Origin: Nitrosopumilaceae archaeon
GTDB taxonomy: Archaea; Thermoproteota; Nitrososphaeria; Nitrososphaerales; Nitrosopumilaceae
Length of the DNA: 64,000 bases
Reading direction: 5' to 3'
NCBI GenBank assembly: GCA_965214835.1
Contig: CBDCCK010000002.1
Span: 3,040,001-3,104,000, forward strand
The translations under genes and the position numbers were made by a program. Under the pieces are notes generated by a model, which did no database searches, was not told where the DNA came from, and worked only from the letters and a program-made list of their open reading frames with translations. Below are positions 19,351 to 29,813 of the stretch, piece after piece (positions within the stretch are counted from its first letter, which is position 1; each line of letters starts with the position of its first letter).

Positions 19351-20386
19351 TATTTCATATGATAATTAGTTCCGCCTAACATTTGTATCCTTCATCCATT
19401 TGGGGTCGCTTTTCCTGATCGCTTTTGTGGCCTCCCGGCTCCGGAACGCCATCCTGGGCGTCTCGGCATGCTTGATGTCAAGCGACCAGTGCGTCCTGCG
19501 CTCGTTGTAGAACTCGATGAACTCGTCTACTTTGTCAAAGTGCGTCAGCTCCTTCTCAAGCGTTCCGAACCACCTCTCCAGCTTGCCGTTGGTCTGCGGA
19601 TGGTACGGACGTGAGTTGAGCAGAGTGATGTTGCGCTCCAACAGCTCGTCCTCAAACAGCGTGGGCATCCAGCTGCCCCCGGGGGGTGCCGCGCCTGGCC
19701 GACGTAAAGCAGCTGCCGTTGTCCGAGAGTATCTGGGCCGGCGTCCCGAACTCCCGGATGGCCCTGCGCAGCACCAAGACTGCGTTCTCCGATGTCGCGT
19801 GCTCAAATACGCCGAATCCGGTTATGCACCGCGAAGAATCGTCAAGATACGCCTGCCAGATTGAGCTTTTGTAGGCGTGGATCCTTCATTTCGTGCCAGT
19901 CTGTGTGCCACATTGTGTTGTAATACATGCGCTCATAGCGCAGCCATTTGAGCTGTCTGGATCTTCCTGGCGAGCTGCCCGTGATTCCCTCGGCCTTCAT
20001 GATCCCGTATACCTAATAGTAGCTTATCTGCCTGCGGCCCTCATGCGCAATGCCAGCCGCTCCGCACCCGACGGCATCTGGGAATATGCGTCAAGGACCG
20101 CCCTGACATCCCCGGGATCCATGCCCATGCCGGGCCTTCCTGCCCCGTTCTGCGGCAGGACCGTGCCGGATCTACGGAACCTGGCCCATATCTTCCCGAC
20201 GTACCTGTCGCTGATGCCCAGCTCCCGGGCTATCTGCCTTGCAGGCACGCCCTTTTTTCTCTGCCTTTCTATGTACCGGAGCGACTTTTTCCCCAATCTT
20301 TTCCTCGCATTTTTTGATCGGTACAGCCTGAAATAATCCTTCAAAGTACGCCTGATCTTAGGCGGAACTAATTTTCGTATGATAGA
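19351..20386 (-). mobile_element. Degraded IS481-family element (multiple frameshifts)
   Basis: Fragments YFRLYRS..HTH and NSRPYHPQTNGKLERW; eroded TIRs containing TAATTAGTTCCGCCTAA / TTAGGCGGAACTAATT. Confidence 0.85.
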
Positions 20387-20470
20387 GTACGTGGTCATCT
20401 GCCCCTAGCAATCATGTACGGATCTGCCTGCATCTGTGATCTTCATGCCCAGATAGGAGGACGTGACTTC
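20387..20470. mobile_element. Degenerate family-A MITE
   Basis: GTACGTGGTCATCTGCCCC...GGACGTGAC resembles 13905-13996. Confidence 0.6.
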
Positions 20471-20739
20471 AATTCTGGCTAGGGGTTATCCTATTGCCCT
20501 CCTTGCTACCGTATAATACGGTACTTTTATATCATATTTGATCGCATGTATGGCATGCAAAATACAGCATTCCTTCAAAGAATGGCCTACGCAAAATCCT
20601 CTGCACGAGAAGTCAGATGCCATGTATGTGGGAGTGTTTGGAGGACGGATTTTCAATCACCGCCAAATCATTGCGAAATGACACTCCAGTGTTTTGCGAC
20701 ATTCGTTACAAGATGCAGTATAAGTGAGGGCAAGCCATC

Positions 20740-21126
20740 ATGAACCCGCAGGACGATTCAAGAAGATTTAGGGAGATTGTGATGGACAACTCCTTTCTGA
20801 TTGCAATAGTCGCGACAGGGGGAGTCATTCTGTCAGCTGGGTTGGATCCGTTTCGCTCAGAGATGCTGCAGGCCTTGGGAGGTGCCTTTATTATCGCCGG
20901 CTCCGTAGGAATATACATGATGCTGGCAACGCGCCGGGTAGTAAGGAGCCTTCACAATCGGTTTGACGCACTCGATGATGCCCTGAAAACCCATACTGAA
21001 ATCCTCAAGGAAATGGCCTCATCCCAGAAGGAAATGGCCTCATCCCAGAATCAAAACCATAGCGAGATGATTGGTGTCATGACAAGGGTGATCTCCTCCT
21101 TGGAAAGGATAGAGAAAAAACTCTGA
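20740..21126 (+). CDS. Small membrane protein: two TM helices plus a C-terminal coiled coil
   Basis: Two hydrophobic segments; exact 21-bp tandem repeat (KEMASSQ x2) at 21007-21048. Confidence 0.6.
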   Translation: MNPQDDSRRFREIVMDNSFLIAIVATGGVILSAGLDPFRSEMLQALGGAFIIAGSVGIYMMLATRRVVRSLHNRFDALDDALKTHTEILKEMASSQKEMASSQNQNHSEMIGVMTRVISSLERIEKKL

Positions 21127-21376
21127 TGTGCTGTAAAACATCCCTACACTGCAAGACAGGAGGCTGAAAACCATGGTATGTAACTATCTTCCCAAGTGTT
21201 TCTTTTTGAACTTCTCTTGTAGTGCAAGACAGGAGGTTGAAAGGAAGTTTGGATTTCGTAATGTGAGCGGGATAACCAGCCGCAGTCATGGTGCAGAACG
21301 TGTAGGAAATCATAGCAACGTAACACAATATCGGCATTACCAACAGCCATAATTAGCATCTGAAACGAGTGTTGAC

Positions 21377-21485
21377 GTAACAGATCGGGCCCTGGAAGTT
21401 CAGGCATGAGTCTTATCACCGAAGATGCATTCGCAGATGTAATTCATGCCTAAAGTCGTAAATCACTTCGAGTCTGAGCTGTTAC
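21377..21485. mobile_element. 109-bp IS66-type MITE (family B)
   Basis: Ends GTAACAGATCGGGC / GTCTGAGCTGTTAC resemble the TIRs of IS66 39446-41282. Confidence 0.7.
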
Positions 21486-21512
21486 AAACAAAGAGCAGTT
21501 GGAGACGACGGG

Positions 21513-21962
21513 TCAGCACCCATAGGATTGTGCCCATTCTGATGTCGCAAACTCACTGGCACTGCAAAGATCAGTGGGAAGATAGCCGTTGCCAGAGTCC
21601 AGCAGCGCCTGGTTTAGGTTCTGGCCGTTGCAGTATACGGCACCGACGATTCTTCCATAGCTGCCCTCCTGCTGTCCGTCATCCTCGTCAACCAGGACAG
21701 TCGAGCCGACAGGGCATGCGCCTTTTATGAACAGCGTGGCAGCCTCCCCTCCGTCCTCGTATTTCTCAGGTGCAAAGGACAGGGCAAGGCGAACCGACTG
21801 CCCGTCGACTTTGAGCGTATCGCCATCCACGATCTCAGTGACCTGGCCTGAAAGGCACCTGGCCTCGCCGCTGCACTGAAACGTTCCGGGAATGGTAAAC
21901 GCAAACATCACCCCGATCACGGCAAGCATGATCGGGATGACTGCAAGCTGTTTTGGCTTCAC
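21513..21962 (-). CDS. Membrane-anchored or secreted thermonuclease (SNase-like)
   Basis: VDGDTL, VRL...APE, YGRIVG and LNQALLDSG motifs; N-terminal hydrophobic anchor; start uncertain. Confidence 0.85.
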   Translation of the reverse strand: MKPKQLAVIPIMLAVIGVMFAFTIPGTFQCSGEARCLSGQVTEIVDGDTLKVDGQSVRLALSFAPEKYEDGGEAATLFIKGACPVGSTVLVDEDDGQQEGSYGRIVGAVYCNGQNLNQALLDSGNGYLPTDLCSASEFATSEWAQSYGC

Positions 21963-22160
21963 ACAGCATGGTGGCTTTACAAAAACAAAAGAATTTCCAT
22001 CATGGAAAAATCCAAGGACAAGACTGCTTTCAAAGCAGGACATGGCAGGCGGGGAGGGCTGCGGGGCCAGCGGCATACGGCATGGCGGGGGATTTTGCAG
22101 GTCTTGGCGCCGCACATGCCATAGTATGTAATATCACATACAGTTGAAAATCAAACATTT

Positions 22161-22211
22161 GTACGAGGTCACCTGCCCCCATCAGCCAGGCACGAATTAG
22201 CGACCTAGTAC
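22161..22211. mobile_element. Short (51-bp) family-A MITE derivative
   Basis: GTACGAGGTCACCTGCCCC...GACCTAGTAC. Confidence 0.6.
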
Positions 22212-22220
22212 GATCTTTTA

Positions 22221-22329
22221 GCAACAGCTCGGGCTCGAAGTTGTTCCTGATTTCAGGCACGAATCTGCTCAAGGGGGATCCTCGAGGTGGCAAAACTCAC
22301 ACCTGAACTTCCAGAGCACGAGCTGCTAC
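22221..22329. mobile_element. 109-bp family-B MITE, an internal deletion derivative of the IS66 at 39446-41282
   Basis: Left part matches 39446-39493 and right part matches 41220-41282. Confidence 0.8.
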
Positions 22330-22542
22330 AAAAAAGCAAAGGTCACATGTTGTTTGTACTGGGTAACAGAGTCGAAGTTTTGATCAGGCTTGATCGTGAT
22401 GGCAAAGAATTGTACTTTATGGATTGTAACGATATTGGTACGCTGTAGCTAATTCTCGGAGATTATATGATGTGGCGTATCAAGTAAAAGGAATGATTTG
22501 ATTGAATTTACTCTGATCCGTAAGCAGTGAATCGTCGTTATT

Positions 22543-22634
22543 GTGCATGGTCACCTGCCCCTGCCAACCAGGCGCGAATTGGCATGTATGACTATGGTTT
22601 TTGTGCCTGCCAATAAGGGGGCGTGATATCGTAC
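22543..22634. mobile_element. 92-bp family-A MITE
   Basis: GTGCATGGTCACCTGCCCC...GTGATATCGTAC; no clean target duplication. Confidence 0.75.
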
Positions 22635-22728
22635 GATCATTTTTCATCAAAGTATGCCCGCCCTGGGGGTTTCGCATCGGTGATGCCAATGCAGTACATT
22701 GAAATTAGATTCACAGGCACATGCCAGC

Positions 22729-23352
22729 ATGGATTCGGTGCAGAGGCTGTTTGACAGATGGTCAGATGTTGGCAGGGCAGAGTTGATGGAAAAAGAGCAC
22801 GGAAGGCCGGTGAGGGAGTTTTTAAAAAAGGCGGATCTGAAAAAGCCGTTTACGTTTTTGGACATCGGCTGCGGAAACGGATGGGTCGTCAGGATGGTTT
22901 CGGGCCTAGACAGCTGCAAAAAGGCAACAGGAATAGACAAAAGCGAGAAAATGATCAGAAATGCCAGGTCAAAGATCTCCTCAAGAAAAGAGGAGTATTT
23001 TGTTGAGGACATAGATAGGTGGGGGACCAGGAGAAAGTTCGACAGGATATTTTCCATGGAGACCATATACTACACCGAATCGCCGGAGAGTACACTGAGG
23101 AAGATCTTCGGTCTGCTGAATCCAGGTGGGATGTTTTTTTGCGGTACCGACTTTTATGCAGACAACAGGGCAACCGCAGGCTGGTCTGAGAGGATGAGCC
23201 TGAGGATGCACCTGCTCTCAAGAAGGGAGTGGAGGGGACTGTTTGAGGATGCGGGGTTTGAGGCCAAAACAGCACTCATCAAAGACAAGGCAGACCGCAA
23301 AAAATGGAAGCGGGAGTTGGGAACCTTGTTCATCACGGGGACTAGGGACTAA
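22729..23352 (+). CDS. Class I SAM-dependent methyltransferase
   Basis: FLDIGCGNGW, GIDKS, FDRIFSME and LLNPGG motifs. Confidence 0.9.
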   Translation: MDSVQRLFDRWSDVGRAELMEKEHGRPVREFLKKADLKKPFTFLDIGCGNGWVVRMVSGLDSCKKATGIDKSEKMIRNARSKISSRKEEYFVEDIDRWGTRRKFDRIFSMETIYYTESPESTLRKIFGLLNPGGMFFCGTDFYADNRATAGWSERMSLRMHLLSRREWRGLFEDAGFEAKTALIKDKADRKKWKRELGTLFITGTRD

Positions 23353-23397
23353 GTTGTAGGGATATGGTTCCCTCCCATTAAGAGCCGGGGCATGAGG

Positions 23398-23900
23398 CTA
23401 TGTTCTGGATTGTCGCCTTCCACTTGCCCTCACCCCTAATCCGGATTCCTGCGAGCTATCTGTCGACTTGGGCCGTATTGAATTATTCATCTTCCACTTG
23501 CCCTCACCCCTAATCCGGATTCCTGCCCTGTCAGCTGTGTTCTTACAACTCAAGTCCCGCCCGCAAGAGTCTACCCCACAGGCGATACTGCTGGCCCGAG
23601 CCTTGATCACCATGCCCACCACGCCGCATATTCTGGAGGTGATAGACTCTTACGTCCCGCCCCCCAGATAGCTTCAAATAGATTCGGCGCTGCATGGGTC
23701 ATAGGCGAGCTGGAGCACGACACGCTGCCACGGCAGAGGAAACTCCTCCCTCCATACAGGAAATGTGACCTGGAGATGGGTAACCAGAGATGGTTGGAAA
23801 CAGAACAGAAAACCAATCCCGCTGAAATTACGATGACGGTGAAAAGCCCGAGATGTTCAGCTGCGGAATGAAAAATCTGCCCCACATGGAGCAAGGCCAA
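23398..23900 (-). pseudogene. Highly degraded IS5-family (IS903-like) transposase remnant with a 36-bp internal duplication
   Basis: ADRAGIRIRGEGKWK resembles DSTGLKVxGEGEWK; boundaries approximate. Confidence 0.45.
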
Positions 23901-24252
23901 ACAGAACCCCAAGTGCCTGTACTCGGTTCAGGTAGGCTGCAAAGCGAAATATCGTGAAAACAGAAGGAGGGTTACTCCCAGCACGCCTGGAATCTTTTTC
24001 CCTTGGCACGGTGCAGACGGTTTTCCCTCCCTCATGTCACATGCATGCATTCTGTCAGGTCCAGTCCTGCAATCGACGCACCAAAGGTCTTTGATCATCA
24101 AAAAGCGTCCTCATACACAGCTTGCGCCCACATGAGCTCAAGAACTTTTGCTCGTCACCACATGCAGGACTCGTCGGATCCTGCAGGCACCTAAAGAGCA
24201 GAAGCTGCTTTGTGTGGCACTGACTTGGGATTTGTCCTGACGGATTATGCAT

Positions 24253-24513
24253 TCATCCCCTTTTTCTCACTACCGCACCTACAACAGAGACCAGCACTCC
24301 GGCGATAAAGACTCCAATGCCAACTTTACCCAGTACCCCAAATATGGGCAGGCTCTTTCCAACCTGTGGAGTAATCGGAGTGCCCGAGCTGCCAGATCGC
24401 ATGACCACTTCGGGGGGGACGGGTACGATTGTAAGCAAGCCGACAGCCATGCTGGCAACAAAGAGGCCAATTCCCGAGACAGACACGATGAGGCCGGCCC
24501 GCAGCAGATTCAA
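24253..24513 (-). CDS. Small two-TM membrane protein
   Basis: Two hydrophobic helices with a basic C-terminus (VRKRG); follows the 24533 gene by 19 nt; start at TTG assumed. Confidence 0.55.
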   Translation of the reverse strand: MNLLRAGLIVSVSGIGLFVASMAVGLLTIVPVPPEVVMRSGSSGTPITPQVGKSLPIFGVLGKVGIGVFIAGVLVSVVGAVVRKRG

Positions 24514-24532
24514 TGCTATGTCATTCTCAAGG

Positions 24533-25909
24533 CTAGAAGGAGCCTGTGTGATCCTTGCAGACAGAAGCGCCGCACCTGCAGTCTGCATCACAAAGACACG
24601 AGCCCTGCATCGCGCAATCGCATTCGCTGCCAATATCGGCAGACGCCGCACAGCCACACGCTGCCTCCTGCTGAGCAGAGTCCAGCTGGGGGCTCTGTGG
24701 CGGGGGCGTGCTCTGTGAGCTCGACGAGTCCTCATAGACGCTGCGTGTCTGCTGATAGTCTGACTCGTCTCTCAGCTGCGCCTCGCCGCGGTTGGTCTTG
24801 TAGCCGCCGGAGCTCTCGCTAGTAGAATATCCTACCAGCCGGGACGGGTCGATGCCGCTTTGTCCCTGGCCCTCCTCCTTTTTCATCTGCCTGTTGCTGT
24901 ACACGAAAAATGCGCCTCCCCCGACTGCTGCCATACCGGCCATCCCGTAGACGATGGCCACGGGAAAGTCGCCGGTCGATGTTTGTGCATATCCCTCCGG
25001 AGGAGTAGGCAGTATGCCAAATATTTCAATGCCGTCAAGACTGTCCAGCTGTGCAAACCCGATTGCGTGGACGTTTGCATTGTCAGCGGACTGGACGGTT
25101 CTTACCGTGTACTCTTGGTCGGCGCTAAAGGTTGCATGGAACTCCCGCTCCACCTGGATCCCCTCCCGGATGCTGCTCTCGCCCATCGTATAGCTGGAAA
25201 CTACAAAGCCTGCAATCTCATCGTCCAGGCCAAACTGGGCGGCGTCTGCGTTGATGCCGGTCGGATCAAACAAAAAATGCCAGTTAGCTAGCGGCTGATC
25301 CCTGATAAAGTCAGCATTGATTAAATTATCATGCAGTAGATCCTCTGCCTCGGAGCCACTGATGAGCGATGCCAGTGCTGGATCTTCTGATTCTATTGCA
25401 GAGAACGGATGGTTGATTTCAATGCCGTCGGCAATTACAGGATCCTGGATGGATATGCCCCTCCAGCCCATGTCAACTAGCGCCGGGTTCCGGCCGTCTG
25501 CTGCACGAATTACATAGCTTCCAATCTCTCCGGTGATCAGGATTTGAAAGTCAACTGCCGCAGAAACCGGGTTTCCCTTGAGGGTCGCAAGATAGTCCAC
25601 GGCAAGGTTCGAAACCTGGGCATGGCTGCCGTCGCCTACAAGGTTTGCGTTGATTTGGTTGGCAATTGTCTGGGCCTCGGCAGGATCTGCAGTTGCGGTG
25701 ACAGTCCAAGAGTCGCCGCGAAGGGAGTCTGCCACCTGTCCGCCGTCGGGATACTCGATGAAGATTGTTTTTTGATACCTGATCTTAAATTCGGATGTGT
25801 CGGTGTTTGGGTTGATTCTTGTCTCCAGTTGCGCGGCCTCGGCGGCAGAGAAGGTGCCAAATACGAGAATCGCCGCCACTAAAACCGAGAATAAAGCTGC
25901 CCCTTGCAC
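24533..25909 (-). CDS. Membrane-anchored surface protein with a cytoplasmic Cys-rich metallothionein-like tail
   Basis: Signal peptide, acidic ectodomain, TM FPVAIVYGMAGMAAVGGGAFFV, tail CGC..CDC..CLC..CRC..C. Confidence 0.8.
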   Translation of the reverse strand: MQGAALFSVLVAAILVFGTFSAAEAAQLETRINPNTDTSEFKIRYQKTIFIEYPDGGQVADSLRGDSWTVTATADPAEAQTIANQINANLVGDGSHAQVSNLAVDYLATLKGNPVSAAVDFQILITGEIGSYVIRAADGRNPALVDMGWRGISIQDPVIADGIEINHPFSAIESEDPALASLISGSEAEDLLHDNLINADFIRDQPLANWHFLFDPTGINADAAQFGLDDEIAGFVVSSYTMGESSIREGIQVEREFHATFSADQEYTVRTVQSADNANVHAIGFAQLDSLDGIEIFGILPTPPEGYAQTSTGDFPVAIVYGMAGMAAVGGGAFFVYSNRQMKKEEGQGQSGIDPSRLVGYSTSESSGGYKTNRGEAQLRDESDYQQTRSVYEDSSSSQSTPPPQSPQLDSAQQEAACGCAASADIGSECDCAMQGSCLCDADCRCGASVCKDHTGSF

Positions 25910-26021
25910 GAGTCAAATCCTTGGTCACTTACATTTAATCTTATCTTAAAAGGCGAATAACGATCAGGCTTTGAAAAGGTAATATTGAGCTACATAGCTT
26001 ACCAGCTCGTTCTAAAAGAAA

Positions 26022-26942
26022 ATGATTACGGTACTATCAGGCGGCACGGGCTCAGTCAAGCTAGTAAGGGGGCTAGTTGCGCAGGACGGCAGCGTCAGCA
26101 TAGTCAGCAACGTAGGAGACAACTACTGGCTGTACGGCATGTACGTGTGTCCGGACGTCGACACGGTCATTTACGGCCTGGCAGACATTTTAGACCATGA
26201 CAAGGGCTGGGGGGTCAAAAAGGACACCTTCAACTTTTTGAGGCAGATGGAGGTCTTCGGGGAGGAGACTTGGTTTAGGATTGGCGACAGGGACGCGGCA
26301 ACCCACCTGATTCGGACCAACATGCTAAAGAACGGAAAAAACCTGAGCGACATTACGAAATGGATGTGTGAAAAGTTTGCAATAAGCGCAAAGATCATCC
26401 CGGTCACAGACAACACCATAGAGACTAGGATCATCACCAACAAGGGGGAGCTGCACCTGCAGGAGTACTGGGTAAAATACAGGGGCATGGACGATGTCGA
26501 GGGGATCCAGTACATTGGGGCAGACAAGGCAAGGCCGAACCCGGAGGCGGTAAACGCGATTCATGACTCGGATCTGGTGATTCTGGCGCCAGGAAACCCG
26601 CTGACCAGCATAGGGCCGATGCTGCAGATCAAGGGAATCAGAAAGGAGCTTTCAAAGATCAAAAAGAAGGTGGTGGCAGTCAGTCCGCTGATAGGAGACA
26701 AGGCGATAAGCGGTCCGGCGGCAAAGTACATGCAGGCTGCCGGAATCGAGTCAAACGCATACGGGCTGGCAAAGATGTACTCTGATGTTTGCTCCAATAT
26801 AATCATAGACTCAAAGGACAGGCTGCTCTCAAAGAAGATCCAAAACTTGGACATGAAGGTATTTGATACAAAGATTACCATGAAGACCAAGCAGGCAGAG
26901 GATGCGCTTGCCTCGTTCATCCTAAAACAAGTCCACGTTTAG
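26022..26942 (+). CDS. cofD: 2-phospho-L-lactate transferase (F420 biosynthesis)
   Basis: LSGGTG, NVGDN, CPDVDTV, WFRIGDRD.ATH and PGNPLTSIGP motifs. Confidence 0.96.
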   Translation: MITVLSGGTGSVKLVRGLVAQDGSVSIVSNVGDNYWLYGMYVCPDVDTVIYGLADILDHDKGWGVKKDTFNFLRQMEVFGEETWFRIGDRDAATHLIRTNMLKNGKNLSDITKWMCEKFAISAKIIPVTDNTIETRIITNKGELHLQEYWVKYRGMDDVEGIQYIGADKARPNPEAVNAIHDSDLVILAPGNPLTSIGPMLQIKGIRKELSKIKKKVVAVSPLIGDKAISGPAAKYMQAAGIESNAYGLAKMYSDVCSNIIIDSKDRLLSKKIQNLDMKVFDTKITMKTKQAEDALASFILKQVHV

Positions 26943-26943
26943 C

Positions 26944-27591
26944 TTGCTCAAAATAGCGGTAATCATACCAGTCAAGACGTTTTCAAGGGCCAAGTCTCGG
27001 CTGGACCTGCCGCAAAAAGTCAGGAGCAGCCTGTGCGAGCTGATGCTAGATGAGCTGCTGCACACGCTGTCCATGTCGCCGCTAATTGAGAGGACAATCA
27101 CAGTCACGGGGGATCCGGCGGCCGGAAGGATTGCAGAAAAATACGGGTCGGTAGTCATCCCAGACAGAGAAGAGTCTGGGGTAAACGAGGCAGTCTCCCT
27201 GGCAGACGACCATGTAAGGGAGAACGGCATAGGGGCGACCATAGTGCTGCCGCAGGACATACCGTTTACAAAAACCCAGGATATCGACTTTTTGCTCAGG
27301 GTTCAGATTCCGCCGAACTTTGTGACGGTTGTGCCCTCGCGCAGGTTTGACGGGACCAATGCTCTGGTCCGAATGCCCCACGACATCATGGGCACGTCAT
27401 ACGACCAGGACAGCTACCGGAGCCATGTCGAGGCTGCAAGGAGGCATACGCGAAACTGGTCTGTCCTGTTTGTAAGGAGGATGATGGTGGACATAGACGA
27501 TGTCGAGGATCTAAGATACGCTCTAGAGCGAAACGAAAAGCCGGAGCTGTGTGAGAGGATCAGGAAGCTGGTAGGCCTGGAGGCGCCATAA
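26944..27591 (+). CDS. cofC: 2-phospho-L-lactate guanylyltransferase
   Basis: IPVK..RAKSRL, DIP, DGTNAL and DIDDVEDL motifs; adjacent to cofD. Confidence 0.93.
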   Translation: MLKIAVIIPVKTFSRAKSRLDLPQKVRSSLCELMLDELLHTLSMSPLIERTITVTGDPAAGRIAEKYGSVVIPDREESGVNEAVSLADDHVRENGIGATIVLPQDIPFTKTQDIDFLLRVQIPPNFVTVVPSRRFDGTNALVRMPHDIMGTSYDQDSYRSHVEAARRHTRNWSVLFVRRMMVDIDDVEDLRYALERNEKPELCERIRKLVGLEAP

Positions 27592-27624
27592 AGTGGCAAG
27601 CGCGCGCAAGACAGGAGCTGGAAT

Positions 27625-27841
27625 TGGCTATGTTTATTCCGTATATGATCAATATCCCGGTGATAGTGGTTCCCCGGTTGGAAAGCTAACTGGAGGGGAT
27701 TTCACTGTACATGGAATGCACGTAGGTCTTGCTGATTCAGGTTTCTACGACCAACCAGCTTGCTCTCAAGGCGGCAAATATTCCAAGTTTATCACGTACG
27801 ACAAAATACAAAGCGTGTTAGGCATGGTAGGAAAGACATGA
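27625..27841 (+). pseudogene. C-terminal fragment of a chymotrypsin-like (S1/PA clan) serine protease
   Basis: PGDSGSPV catalytic-Ser motif followed by VHGMHVG; His/Asp region missing; ATGA-coupled to the next gene. Confidence 0.55.
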
Positions 27842-28545
27842 GGCATCCTCCTTTTTTTCTTTTTTTACTATTGCTTGTGCCAAGTACGGTGATTTTTGCC
27901 GAGTTGCATGATGAAGAAATGACATCCTCTAAACAAACCGAGGCATGTGAGTACCATTCAAAGTATCCAAATGAGTTATTCAATTTATGTGAATACAAAC
28001 TGGATTGTGAGGGATTAGAATTTACTTATGAAGGGGGAAGAAATGTATTGGAAAAAGATTATCTCACTCAACTATTTTTACAAAATAATCCGTGGGGAAG
28101 TATTAACACTGGAAATATAATAGGAAACTTTGATGTAGGAAACGTTTGGTTGGTTGGTGATAAAATCCATCATGAAGATAAAAATCTGGGAATTGGCATG
28201 AACATGTGTAATGATATCACCAGGTATTCCTATCAGGATTTGATTTTACGAATATATGAAAAAGGAGACCATGGAAAAGCAGTTTTAAATGTGGAAGGGA
28301 AAAACATAACTGACTCGGCGGTACTGGCAGGAGAAGGCAAATATGAAATTGCTAAAAGAATCATCGGCAAGCATGCCTCCCCAAAAGTTCAGATAAATGA
28401 ATTTGGAATTCCATCAAACAGGATACACTGTAATGACGGGCTTGAATTATTTGAACGTAGCAACAATGTCCTTGTATGCATCAAACCTCAAACATTTGAA
28501 AAACTGGTGGAAAGGGGATTCGACATTAAGCACTATCCTTCATAG
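27838..28545 (+). CDS. AT-rich secreted hypothetical protein with a Cys-pair C-terminal motif
   Basis: Signal peptide; C-terminal SPKVQ..GI....I.CNDGL......CIKPQTFEKLVERG, a motif I associate with thaumarchaeal surface proteins. Confidence 0.7.
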   Translation: MRHPPFFLFLLLLVPSTVIFAELHDEEMTSSKQTEACEYHSKYPNELFNLCEYKLDCEGLEFTYEGGRNVLEKDYLTQLFLQNNPWGSINTGNIIGNFDVGNVWLVGDKIHHEDKNLGIGMNMCNDITRYSYQDLILRIYEKGDHGKAVLNVEGKNITDSAVLAGEGKYEIAKRIIGKHASPKVQINEFGIPSNRIHCNDGLELFERSNNVLVCIKPQTFEKLVERGFDIKHYPS

Positions 28546-28628
28546 CCGGTCTTCCCAGTAGCCCGAAATTGCCAATTTTGACCGAGGCAGATCAACAAGG
28601 TGCGTCCCAGAAGGCCAGTAGTCCATAG

Positions 28629-29755
28629 GTATGAGATCACCTACCCCTAGATTATTTTGGCCGCCTCAGCCGCGATGGACTTGCCCTGCATCCCCCACGT
28701 CTACACGCATGTATTGAACCATCCATGCCTTTCCATCCAGGCCAGGCCGCCCTTGATCTGGCCGCTTATCTTGAATTGAAGCACGACGGGGCGCAGCGCC
28801 CGCTCTGCACCGTTGCTGGTGGGCTCGACACCCTCGTATTCCAGAAACGCAAACATGTACGGCAGGGCCCTGTGCATCCTCTTGAGGGGGTGGCTCCGGC
28901 GGGCCGCCCCCATGCATCAACGTATCCGAACAGTATATTCTGCATGTCGGTCTCAAACCGCCGGCGCAGATCCGGCGAGTGCCGCCCCATCAGCCCGCTG
29001 GCCCTGCCCATCCCCGTCCTCTCCTCGAGCTCCCAAAGACTTTCCTCGGACAGCTTGTCCCAGCCCTCAAGACACCCCTTGGCATCCTCGAACAGCTGCT
29101 GCATCTGCCGGTACAGGACTCCTGCAAACATCGGGCGCCCTTTTTCTGCGATATATACGGGAGGAACCGCAGCTCGTGCTCCCAGCACCGCCGGAGCCTT
29201 CCCAACAGCCCGAGCTCCTCGTATGCGGGATATCCGTCCGATGTGACGACGCCCCAGTACCCGCCCATGTACTGGTTCAGGATCCTAGCGCTCCTAGTGT
29301 CTGCATGTATCATGAACATGCCCACCGCCGGCAGCATGGCCCGCGTCCATCCCAGCCTGCCTGCCAGGTTGATCCCCGTCTCGTCTATGCAGACTGTCTT
29401 GGCTTTTTACCTTCTTGGCGATGTCCTCTGCAGGCTCCATGGCATCAGAGACGCGTCCCGGGATGTTGATTATCGTTGACTAGCATGTATCCTCATGGGA
29501 CCGGATAAGCGTGCGATCCTGTTGCTGGGAATGTCATCTGCGCGCGGCTCGGTGGCGATTGACTGCGCTCTTGCCGTAGCCGCCGCTCTTTGGCAGGTCG
29601 TTGGGGACAGCATCATCTCCCTGAGCGATTCTGCAGATGCCTAGATCTCACAAACTATGAGAGGCTGGCCTTTCATAATGCCTATCCGGCGCTCACACAT
29701 GGATCAGTATCGCCATCAATGTTTAACCTGCTACGAGGTGCAGGTGATCTCATAC
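28629..29755 (-). mobile_element. Degraded IS66-family element (family-A-type ends)
   Basis: Perfect 14-bp TIR GTATGAGATCACCT; fragments VTSDGYPAY, CWEHELR and EPTSNGAERALR..KISGQ. Confidence 0.85.
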
Positions 29756-29813
29756 GATGCCGTGCCGCAGCTCAGAGCAGCAGAGTCAGGCCAGTCAAAA
29801 ACAGATGCGGTGC

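Noticed and set aside
21150-21242. 20-bp direct repeat pair as a mini-CRISPR
   Set aside because: Repeat too short, spacer ~53 bp, only two copies; better explained as element ends.
23417-23526. Two exact 36-bp repeats separated by 38 bp (CRISPR-like geometry)
   Set aside because: Only two copies, no cas genes or leader, and the repeat translates on the minus strand to AGIRIRGEGKWK, resembling an IS903-type transposase motif. A local duplication in an IS remnant is more likely.
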